A stretch of DNA of 64,000 nt from Candidatus Latescibacterota bacterium. GTDB lineage: Bacteria > Latescibacterota > CBDEFO01. The stretch lies in the NCBI GenBank assembly GCA_965237525.1, contig CBDEFO010000007.1:672001-736000 (forward strand), in the 5' to 3' direction. The position numbers and the translations under genes are program-made. Shown here in pieces: positions 32,920 to 41,607 of this stretch. Below the pieces are notes generated by a model. That model was not told where the DNA came from and did not search any database. It was given only the letters and a program-made list of their open reading frames with translations. Every line of letters begins with the position of its first letter. Position 1 is the first letter of the stretch.

Positions 32920-33228
32920 GGATCTTGCTGTAGCAAAGCCGAGACCGCTGTATCTAGATATAATCAGATTATGGGTCCTCAATTTCAATTGGAGACTTCT
33001 AACGCCAAGTTTGTCAAGACTCTGATTGCTACTTATAGATCGCCAGTGAAGGAGGTTCGAAGGACTGTGGAAGATCATAAGGGCAAAGATCTGCGCCATT
33101 CCCGGTGAAGATATCGAGACGGAAGTTTTGAAGGGAAGTATCGCTACTACAGCAGCTGCCTCTATCGAAAGTTCCATCTCCGATAGAGCCTCAGCACCAC
33201 ACAAATGGTAATTGACCAAGGGGATTTT

Positions 33229-34038
33229 ATGCCTATCATTGATGCTCACGTCCACGTCCTGGATAACTATGTGTCAATGGCTCCGTTTGAGGATAACGGC
33301 CGGTATGACCGACTCCTCTGGCTAATGGATGAGTGCGGGGTAGAAAAAACGGTTATGTTGCCGGTGGTGGCTGACTTCTCACCGAAGAACAACGAGGAAT
33401 GTGCACAGCTTTCCAGAGAATATCCAGACCGCCTAGCTGCCTTGACCGATGTCCAGCTCGACCGGCCAAACGCAGCGGAGCAGATTACTCGCGCCCGGGA
33501 GGAATTCGAGGCAGTGGGCATCAGCTACTATCCGCCGTCCAGCGATCTCAAATGGATGACAGAGGCGGCGTATGGCCCGGTCTGGGAGGCGTTTCGTGCC
33601 AATGATCTGGTCTGCAACTTGCATGCCTCACCGTCCCATTACGCCGTTCTACTTGAGCTGGCGCGGACTCATACAGATATCCGGTTTGTGCTCAATCATT
33701 TGGGCTATCCGGGCAGTCTGAAGCTGGACGATGCCAGTTACGGCGGACTGCTGGAGGCAGCGTCATTGCCCAATCTGTTTGTCAAGGCATCGGCGTTGTA
33801 CGCCGCAGCAGCGACACCCTGGGATTTCCGGTGTCCACGGGCTCTGGGCTTTTTTTCGAGACTTCTGAAAGGACTGGGGGCAGACCGACTGCTCTGGGGA
33901 TCGAACTGGCCACCGGCAGGATATCACCTTACCTACAGGCAGACCCTGGAGACAGTCCGCACCTTTGCTGCAGACCTGGACGATGAAAGTCGTGAACTGG
34001 TTTTGGGTGGGAATGCTGCCAGGGTTTACAAGATCTGA
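33229..34038 (+). CDS. Amidohydrolase_2 family protein, copy B (tandem paralog, Tat leader frameshifted)
   Basis: Highly similar to copy A (MPIIDAHVHVL...LLWGSNWP...GGNAARVYKI). Upstream DNA at about 33050-33228 is a degenerate copy of the copy A leader. Confidence 0.85.
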   Translation: MPIIDAHVHVLDNYVSMAPFEDNGRYDRLLWLMDECGVEKTVMLPVVADFSPKNNEECAQLSREYPDRLAALTDVQLDRPNAAEQITRAREEFEAVGISYYPPSSDLKWMTEAAYGPVWEAFRANDLVCNLHASPSHYAVLLELARTHTDIRFVLNHLGYPGSLKLDDASYGGLLEAASLPNLFVKASALYAAAATPWDFRCPRALGFFSRLLKGLGADRLLWGSNWPPAGYHLTYRQTLETVRTFAADLDDESRELVLGGNAARVYKI

Positions 34039-34232
34039 GGGATTCTTGCAGGAGAGCCGAGCCTGCCATATCTCTATATAAGTCTACTAGTGATTCTCAG
34101 CTTCAAGCGCGAGACATCCAACCACAAAAGGTGGAAATGCAACGAAAGACATTGTGGGGCAGACCCATCTGTCTGCTCTGAAGTGAAACCAAAAGTACTT
34201 CTTGCAATAGTCAAAAGCGTATACTTATACAC

Positions 34233-34757
34233 ATGCACTTGAATCAGTTTGAGATTCGGTTAATAACGAGCTCCATTCCGACGAGTACTCTCTCTTATAT
34301 AATGGTTTTTGCTGCCGTTTGGTTTTACGCGCCGTCGCCATGTCTTGGTTGCAATTGTCTACCTCTGGGTAGTGCACTCGAACAACTTGAAAGGCAAGAT
34401 GCTGTTTTCTCAGGTAGTGTAATTGAAATTATAATGGTAGAGGATGAACTATTGAGTATCAAGTTTGATGTGATAGATGTATGGAAAGGAGTTGAGGGGA
34501 AAGAAATTACAGTTTATACAGGATCTCATGATGGAATTTGTGGATATAATTTCCAGATGAATAAAGATTATTTGGTCTACGCCAATTGGAATAATGAAGC
34601 TAAAAGATTAGGAATCATCGGAGTAAGCCTCTGTAGCAGAACCAGACTTTTGATTGAGGCATCTGAGGATCTCTCTGAGTTGGGTACGGTGGTTGAGCTA
34701 ATTACATGGGGTGCTATTAAGTTGCATTTTGCGAAAAATCCAGTAAACGATCAATAG
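34233..34757 (+). CDS. Secreted TIMP/NTR-like domain protein with a C-terminal TWGxIK motif
   Basis: Hydrophobic leader followed by CNC, AVFSGSV, VWKG, CGYNF, YLVYA, SLCSRT and ITWGAIK. Confidence 0.7.
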   Translation: MHLNQFEIRLITSSIPTSTLSYIMVFAAVWFYAPSPCLGCNCLPLGSALEQLERQDAVFSGSVIEIIMVEDELLSIKFDVIDVWKGVEGKEITVYTGSHDGICGYNFQMNKDYLVYANWNNEAKRLGIIGVSLCSRTRLLIEASEDLSELGTVVELITWGAIKLHFAKNPVNDQ

Positions 34758-34881
34758 GTAGAATATCAACCTCCGATAGATTCAAGCGGGGGTCAACCCA
34801 ATAGTATGCGTTATAATAGGAGACAAATACTGTCGGCTTTGCTGGGGCTACAACAAACTATGAAGTGGAATGAGGTAAAAG

Positions 34882-36822
34882 ATGCCTGAGCATAGATATA
34901 GAAAGGTATATCTGAAGGAGACGTCTTTAGATGAGGGACTAAAGAGGTTCCTGAGCGCTTTGGAGAAGGTTGGGGCACTTGAACCCCTTGAGGGTGAGAC
35001 TGTTGCCGTGGCGGATTCTCTGGGGAGGGTTACGTCCCGTCCTGTGTGGGCGAAGATCTCCTCGCCTCATTACCACGGATCGGCAATGGACGGTGCAGCG
35101 GTGAGGGCAGTGGAAACTGTGGGGGCGTCTGAGGTGTCGCCAGTAAGGTTGAAGATGGACAAGCAGGTTCGATGGGTCGATACGGGCGATCCTATACCTG
35201 CAGGGTTTAATGCAGTTATTATGATCGAAAACATCCACGAGATAAATAAAGAGACGATCGAGATCATGGCCCCTGTGGCTCCATGGAATCACGTGAGGCT
35301 CTTGGGCGAGGACATTGTGGCGACGGAGCTTATACTACCCGAAAATCACAGGATCCGCCCTGTGGACATGGGGGCGATAGCCGCATGTGGTCTCTCGGAG
35401 GTCGAGGTAAGGAGAAAGCCCCGCGTGGGGATCATGCCGACGGGATCTGAGCTTGTGAACCCCCGCGAATCACTAAAGGTCGGAGAAATAATAGAATTTA
35501 ATTCTCTTGTGCTTGCGGGGTTTGTGGAGGAATGGGGAGGGATCACAAAGCAGATAGGTATCGTAAAGGACGAGTACAATCTTATTAAGGAAAACGTAGA
35601 GAAGGCCTTGGAGGAGAACGACATAGTCGTGATAAATGCAGGGTCATCCGCGGGAGCTGAGGATTACACTGCTCCTGTTATAGATGAGTTAGGGGAGGTT
35701 CTGGTTCACGGGATTTCTATAAGGCCGGGTCACCCTGTGGTATTGGGAATTGCAAAGGACAAACCTGTCGTAGGGATTCCGGGTTATCCGGTATCGGCTA
35801 TTCTGACGTTCGATCTATTAGTGAAGCCTGTGATATACAGGATGTTGGGGAACGCCCCTCCCTCAAGGAGTAAGATGAAGGCTTTTATGACGAGGAAAGT
35901 GCTTTCTCCTATGGGCGAGGACGAGTTCTTAAGGGTCAAGGTGGGGGTGGTGGGAGACAGGGCTGTGGCTACGCCTCTTCAAAGGGGAGCAGGGATAATT
36001 ATGTCTTTAGTGAGGGCTGACGGTCTGGTCAAGATTCCACAGTTCTCTGAAGGTATCCAATCGGGATCCGAGGTCGAGATTGAGCTTCTAAGAGAACAGG
36101 AGGAAGTCGAAAATACTATCGTTGCAATAGGGAGCCACGATCTGACTTTGGATCTTTTGGCCAGCTTCTTAAGCAAAAAGTATCCGGAGCTGAGTCTCGC
36201 TTCATCCAATGTGGGTAGCTTCGGGGGACTGACTGCTTTGCATAGAGATGAAGCACACTTTGCAGGGTCACATCTATTAAATGAAAAGACGGGGGAGTAT
36301 AACGTTTCATACGTAATGAAGTTATTGAAAGGCAAAGAGATAGTGCTTCTCAATTTAGTCTATCGGGATCAGGGATTGATAGTCCCAGTGGGGAATCCGA
36401 AGAACATAGTAAGTCTGGAGGATCTTTTGAGGGGTGAGGTCAATTTTGTGAATCGTCAAAGAGGCTCTGGAACTAGGGTCCTTTTAGACTATAAATTGAA
36501 GGAGATGGGCGTAGATCCTTCCAAGATAAACGGATACGAGCGCGAGGAGTTTACACATCTTGCCACAGCTGCGGATGTGAAAAGTGGGACTGCGGATACA
36601 GGCTTAGGTATACTTGCGGCTGCCAGAGCATTGGGTTTAGACTTCGTGCCGCTGTTGAAGGAAAGATACGATCTTGTGATACCGAAGGAATATTACGAAA
36701 GCGATATACTTCAACCCCTTTTGAATATTATACGAGGGAATGAATTTAAGGAAACGGTGGAGTCTCTGGGCGGATACGATGTATCGCAAATGGGACAGGT
36801 GATAGATGAGATAAATGTGTAG
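34882..36822 (+). CDS. moeA: MoeA fused to a C-terminal substrate-binding (PBP/LysR-like) domain
   Basis: SAMDGAAV, PTGSEL and IPGYPVSA, followed by GSHD, VGSFGGL, NRQRGSGTR and ERYDL. Confidence 0.9.
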   Translation: MPEHRYRKVYLKETSLDEGLKRFLSALEKVGALEPLEGETVAVADSLGRVTSRPVWAKISSPHYHGSAMDGAAVRAVETVGASEVSPVRLKMDKQVRWVDTGDPIPAGFNAVIMIENIHEINKETIEIMAPVAPWNHVRLLGEDIVATELILPENHRIRPVDMGAIAACGLSEVEVRRKPRVGIMPTGSELVNPRESLKVGEIIEFNSLVLAGFVEEWGGITKQIGIVKDEYNLIKENVEKALEENDIVVINAGSSAGAEDYTAPVIDELGEVLVHGISIRPGHPVVLGIAKDKPVVGIPGYPVSAILTFDLLVKPVIYRMLGNAPPSRSKMKAFMTRKVLSPMGEDEFLRVKVGVVGDRAVATPLQRGAGIIMSLVRADGLVKIPQFSEGIQSGSEVEIELLREQEEVENTIVAIGSHDLTLDLLASFLSKKYPELSLASSNVGSFGGLTALHRDEAHFAGSHLLNEKTGEYNVSYVMKLLKGKEIVLLNLVYRDQGLIVPVGNPKNIVSLEDLLRGEVNFVNRQRGSGTRVLLDYKLKEMGVDPSKINGYEREEFTHLATAADVKSGTADTGLGILAAARALGLDFVPLLKERYDLVIPKEYYESDILQPLLNIIRGNEFKETVESLGGYDVSQMGQVIDEINV

Positions 36823-37023
36823 GGTTTAAGAGCAGCTTTAAGGGCAGCTGAAAAGCGCTTGAAAGGAAGTTCGCCTCTTAAAAATGGAGATAGAGGCTAT
36901 ATTTTTATTGTGTGAAAACTAGATCGTCCTTATATTAAGCATTGTTCTTAAGTTCAGTTAAGCAGCGGCATCTGTATTGAACAACTTACCGCTTGTTGCT
37001 GCTAACGTACGGAGGATTTTCAT

Positions 37024-37895
37024 GTGAAAGAGTTTGAGTATTTCAGACCGAATACCATAGAGGAGGCAATAGAGATTCTGAGCCAATGGGGAGAAGGGGC
37101 GGTGGTGTTTGCGGGCGGGACAGATCTCCTCGTCAGGATGAAGGATAGGCACTTAACGCCCAAGTGTCTGGTAGATATCAAGGGGATTCCAGGATTAGAT
37201 ATTATCAAATACGATGAAAATGAAGGACTTACCTTGGGATCTATGGTATCTTTCAGGGATATAGAGAAGTCTGAGGTGATCAGCAGGCACTACCCGATAT
37301 TGGTTCAGGGCGCCGAGTTGTGGGGTCTTTTCAGATAAGGAACAGAGGGAGCATAGGTGGGAATCTGTGCAACGCCGCTCCGTCTGCGGACATCGCTCCT
37401 CCCTTGATAGTGCTCGGGGCTGTGGCCCATATAGCGGGACCGGAAGGTGAAAAATCAATGCTTGTAGAGGAGTTCTTCCTGGGACCGGGGAAGACTGCGC
37501 TTGCAAACAACGAGATACTTTTGAGATTGACTGTACCTCCTTCCGTAAAAAGAGGCGGCGCCTATATGAGACATACGACACGGGAGGCCATGGACATAGC
37601 TGTCGTGGGCGTGGGAGCAATAGTCCAACTTGGAGAGGATAACGACGTGTGCAAAGACAGTAAGATATGTCTGGGCGCTGTGGCTCCTGTTCCGATGAGG
37701 GCCCACAATGCAGAGGGGATACTCAAGGGAAAAGAAATTACGGATGAGTTAGTAGAAGAGGCAGCTCAGGCGGCGTCGGACGAATCGAAGCCCATAACTG
37801 ATGTGAGGGGGACAGCCCAGTTCAGAAGGGAATTAGTAAGGGCGTTGGCAAGCAGGATGGTCACGAAGGCGATTGATGACGCAAAATCGCGGTAG
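37024..37895 (+). pseudogene. Xanthine/CO dehydrogenase family FAD-binding subunit (CoxM/CutM-like), frameshifted near 37315
   Basis: FAGGTDL is in frame 37024..37338 and GSFQIRNRGSIGGNLCNAAPSAD is in frame 37320..37895. A single-base loss would join them. Could be a sequencing error. Confidence 0.8.
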
Positions 37896-37909
37896 ATCGG
37901 AGGGAAACT

Positions 37910-38392
37910 GTGAAGCTTCACGTAAGTATGATCGTAAATAGCGAAGATTATGAGGTCGAAGTGGAGCCCAGAAAGGTGCTGCTCACGGTTTTGAGGGACT
38001 ACTTGGGGCTAATAGGGACCAAGGAGGGGTGCGGGACAGGAGACTGCGGGGCGTGCACGGTCATTATGAACGGCCAGACGGTCAATTCGTGTCTTGTGTT
38101 AGGAGTTGAGGCTGACGGAGCAAATATTGTGACCATAGAAGGAATTGCTACGAGCGAAGGACTGAGTCCAGCGCAAGAGGCGATAGTGAAGTTCGGAGGG
38201 ATTCAGTGCGGGTTCTGCACACCGGGGATAATTGTGTCGGCCAAGGCTCTTTTGGATGAAAATCCCGATCCGAACGAGGAAGAGATCAGGAAAGGAATTG
38301 CCGGGAATCTATGCAGGTGCACGGGGTACAGTAAGATCGTCGAAGCGATTCAGGATGCCGCAAGACTTAGAGTTGAGACGATAAAGACTTAG
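37910..38392 (+). CDS. Xanthine/CO dehydrogenase family [2Fe-2S] subunit (CoxS/CutS-like)
   Basis: Motifs GTKEGCGTGDCGACTV, QCGFCTPG and GNLCRCTGY. Confidence 0.93.
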   Translation: MKLHVSMIVNSEDYEVEVEPRKVLLTVLRDYLGLIGTKEGCGTGDCGACTVIMNGQTVNSCLVLGVEADGANIVTIEGIATSEGLSPAQEAIVKFGGIQCGFCTPGIIVSAKALLDENPDPNEEEIRKGIAGNLCRCTGYSKIVEAIQDAARLRVETIKT

Positions 38393-38524
38393 CGCTATTT
38401 TCATTTTGCGCAAATTTTGAAGCCGATCGCTTTTGTCTTCTCGTAACTACTTCCAGCTATCTGTAACGCGGATAACGGTATAGCTCTTGTGAGTTCAAAC
38501 CAACGAAGAGGGAGGAGTGCAACA

Positions 38525-39349
38525 ATGAATCGTATCATCGTAATGGCCCTTATATGCATGTGCTGTACGGGAAGCAAGATAGATGCTTGGATTATTGACT
38601 TGAAACAGTCTCTTAATCTTGCGAAAGGCGGCACAATCTCCGCAGAGACTGTAGCAAACTGGGTAAACGAAACTACAAGTGCAGATACGCTGCTGTGCAA
38701 CTCCCTAGTGGTCAGCGGAGATATTGATTTCAGGAGTAGTGGGATCGATACCGTGTGGTGTATGCTTTACTTTAAGGAAGCGACATTTCGAGGAAAGTCC
38801 TACTTCACAAGGACGATGTTTCAAGGAGGAGCCGACTTTACAGGAGCGACGTTTCAGGAAAAGGCCGACTTTGTAGAAGCGATCTTTCAAGGAGAAGCCG
38901 GCTTCGCAAAAGCGACGTTTCAACGTGATGCTGATCTCAGGGAAGCGATGTTTCAACGAGATGCCTACTTCACAGAAGCAACGTTTCAGCGAGAAACTAT
39001 CTTCTGGGGTGTAACGTTTCAAGGGGAAGCTCACTTCACAGAAGCGACGTTTCAAGAAGCAGCCGATTTCACAGAAGCGACGTTTCAAGAAGCAGCTGAT
39101 TTCACAGAAGCGACGTTTCAAAGAGGGACGGATTTCACAAAAGCAACGTTTCAACGAGAGACCGAATTTGCAGAAGCGATGTTTCAACGAGATGCCCACT
39201 TCGCAGAAGCGATGTTTCAACGAGAGACAAACTTTAGGGGTGTAATGTTTCAAGGAGAGGCTGACTTCAGGGGTGTGACGTTTCAAGGGAAGGCCGACTT
39301 CAGGGGTGTGACGTCTCACGGAAAGGCCGACTTCAGAGATGCATTTTAG
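38525..39349 (+). CDS. Secreted pentapeptide-repeat protein, probably 3'-degraded
   Basis: GGAGG RBS, hydrophobic leader and 17 repeats of 11 aa. A degenerate continuation follows in another frame after TAG 39347-39349. Confidence 0.75.
   Translation: MNRIIVMALICMCCTGSKIDAWIIDLKQSLNLAKGGTISAETVANWVNETTSADTLLCNSLVVSGDIDFRSSGIDTVWCMLYFKEATFRGKSYFTRTMFQGGADFTGATFQEKADFVEAIFQGEAGFAKATFQRDADLREAMFQRDAYFTEATFQRETIFWGVTFQGEAHFTEATFQEAADFTEATFQEAADFTEATFQRGTDFTKATFQRETEFAEAMFQRDAHFAEAMFQRETNFRGVMFQGEADFRGVTFQGKADFRGVTSHGKADFRDAF
38780..39340 (+). repeat. Coding tandem repeat, 17 x 33 bp
   Basis: Units such as GCGACGTTTCAAGAAGCAGCCGATTTCACAGAA (ATFQEAADFTE), contiguous and without spacers. Confidence 0.92.
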
Positions 39350-39460
39350 TCAAAAGGGAGTCGACGTGACAACTCACTTCCTGAACTCCTTCAAATTACG
39401 TGATGCAACGGCCTTCGCTGATAAAATTTCGTTGAAGATATGCTTCATCTCTTAGGGGCA

Positions 39461-39680
39461 GTGCGTGAAAACTGCGTCGTTCCGTCTAACTTGTTGATGA
39501 GTGGACGTATGTTCTTGGGAAATCGGCGATAGAGAGCATAGATGAGTTTCCTTCGGGTTTGACATCTTGCAGCAACTTAAGTGAGTCACTGTCTCCGGAA
39601 ACCGAAGCCTGCTGAAAGGTGAAAAGTCAGAACGGAAACCTGTCATCGTGAGCGATTACGAGTAAGCGCGGTTCTGTGGC
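39461..39680 (+). ncRNA. Probable 5' fragment (domain I) of a group IIB intron, no RT ORF
   Basis: Starts with the GTGCG 5' splice consensus. Contains GATGAGTTTCCTTCGGGT, GAGTCACTG, GGAAAC, GGTGAAAAGTC and AACCTGTCATCGTGAG, which I recognise from memory as resembling chloroplast-like IIB intron domain I. The 3' boundary is uncertain. Confidence 0.55.
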
Positions 39681-39900
39681 TAAAAAGTTGTGAAAATCTA
39701 AGAATGATATTGCTTAGCTACAGATTCAAAGGTCGTTTGATATACGGGAGATCTAAGGAAAACTCAACCTTTCGGAAGCTCGGGCAATATGCTACCAAAG
39801 ATTGCTATCCAGTCTGAGTTTCAAGTCAAATGATGCTGCTCGTCGTATGTTGACCACTCTAACTTTACTTCCGAAACACCCGCGCTGCTGTAGTCCTCTC

Positions 39901-40272
39901 TTAAAGATCCTCCAAATATCTCCTAATTGCCCTATTTACCAGTTCTGCCGTGGCCTTGCCTTCCTCTTTCGCCTTATTACTCAATGGTTCGTACAGTGCG
40001 TCTTCGATCCAGTGGGTTCTCCGTGACTTTGGACTTTTTGACTTCTGAAATTTGTGCGTGCTCTCAGCTTCTTCCTCGGCAAGCGACGACGGTTCCTGCG
40101 AGTTTTCGGAGATTATGCTCTGGTTTGTCTTTGAATGATCCCATTCATCGACACGGCCCACGGATGAGATTTCTGCTACGTTTCTTCTCCGTAGAATTAA
40201 GAGCGCGACCAGTCCAAGAGCTAGAGACAGTGCGCTGGTCAAAAAGAGTCCCAAAATGATCCATTTATACAT
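39901..40272 (-). CDS. Membrane-anchored protein with a C-terminal ribbon-helix-helix (CopG-like) domain
   Basis: N-terminal TM helix. C-terminus RRTHWIEDALYEPLSNKAKEEGKATAELVNRAIRRYL. Confidence 0.6.
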   Translation of the reverse strand: MYKWIILGLFLTSALSLALGLVALLILRRRNVAEISSVGRVDEWDHSKTNQSIISENSQEPSSLAEEEAESTHKFQKSKSPKSRRTHWIEDALYEPLSNKAKEEGKATAELVNRAIRRYLEDL

Positions 40273-40750
40273 CGGTTACTTTCTTTCTCTATGCCTGGAT
40301 ATGTATCGTCTGCCTCTAATCGAAGTTGGGCCCCTTCACACACTGCAGTGCAACCGCTTCCTGCTCTTTCCCTCCTGGTGTCTTTATATTATACCAGGAG
40401 CGCAGAGGAGAAAAGAGAGCTGCACAAGCCTAATGATCACCCAATCGAATGAGGGAAGTACTGACTCGGCTGAATATACTGAAAAAAAGGAGAAAAGTCA
40501 ATAACAATCGATCTGGATCCAGGTTCATTGAGTTTTTTCGGAGGTAAGCTAGCACTGACTGCACGCCAGGCGGGCCCCTCTGTTCGCTCCAAGCGTAGGG
40601 CAATACAGGCACTACATGTAAGAAAGAAGAAAGAGGTGCCCAAATCCAGCACACGACACAGTGCAGAAGTCTTACTTAAATCTTAATACTGCACTTGCCT
40701 TCTACCAAAGCTAAAGCTTCTAAGAACATTAAATGGCCCTGCTAATCTAA

Positions 40751-40899
40751 GCCGAATAATTCGTGAAATCTGAGAAATCTGCACAAATACTGGACTTTCC
40801 AGTTATCGCACGAAAACAAAGTTTCTTAGCCTAAATTGTATAATCGATTGTCGTACATAGAATTATAGAACTTTTCAGCAAGTTTATGAATTAATCAGG
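40751..40899 (-). mobile_element. MITE, short subfamily, copy B (149 bp)
   Basis: GCCGAATAATTCGTGAAA ... CAAGTTTATGAATTAATCAGG, flanked by CTAA direct repeats (40747-40750, 40900-40903). Confidence 0.8.
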
Positions 40900-40913
40900 C
40901 TAATTGGTTTCTC

Positions 40914-40942
40914 TTGACATCTAACAAGTTCGTCTGTATCAT
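40914..40942 (+). promoter_or_regulatory. sigma70-type promoter with no ORF immediately downstream
   Basis: TTGACA-N17-TATCAT. Confidence 0.55.
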
Positions 40943-41607
40943 TGTAGGTTAATCGGTCTATATACTAAACTTCCGTATTTTTTCCAGTAAGTGAGAACCG
41001 ACTATACTCAGGGGAGAATCCCTGCGCGTGACTTCCTTTACTGAAGCTATAGGATTCTGGACACATCTCGAGTGAGATAGCGCGCATTCTTTCCGCTAAG
41101 GATCTTGAGAAGGCCGTAATCGGAGAGCGAAGCGTGGCAGCCAAAGACGATAATGTATATTGGGGCCCCTTCTCAACTAAGAGCAGAGCACTCATAAATC
41201 ACGGAGATGTTAAAGGCAGGAGCCTGTGAGAATACAATATGATGTAATACCTACAGAGCACGCAAATATGATGTTATAAAAGGAAGTATGACGTAGGCAA
41301 TAATGTAACTTAATATACAATAGATTAGATTACTTAGCAAGATATTTCGTTTTATGGAAAGAAATATTAAGGTATTACCTAATTCGTAATACTTACCAAC
41401 AGGAGGGTTCTATCTAATATTGTCACTCAGAGCAGAGAAGAATTGACATCAGCGATGTCGCTGGATTGGATGACCGTGCTGCTGGAAGCGAAGACGATTT
41501 TAGACCTTTGATTGACTTTCTATAAAACAAACCTCTGAACCGATTTTGTGCACGAGGGTCCTAAGAAATATTCTCCAGAATCCTAACGAGACGTTAAGGA
41601 GCAACGG

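Noticed and set aside
13405..34038. Diversity-generating retroelement template/variable repeat pairs (S8 internal repeat, amidohydrolase duplicates)
   Set aside because: The differences are not confined to adenines, and no reverse transcriptase is encoded in the window.
15690..37330. Programmed ribosomal frameshifting in the S8 protease and coxM
   Set aside because: I saw no slippery heptamer or long homopolymer at either junction. Mutation or assembly error is simpler.
38780..39340. 33-bp periodic array as a CRISPR array
   Set aside because: The units are contiguous, in frame and vary at codon level. There are no unique spacers and no cas genes. It is a coding pentapeptide repeat.
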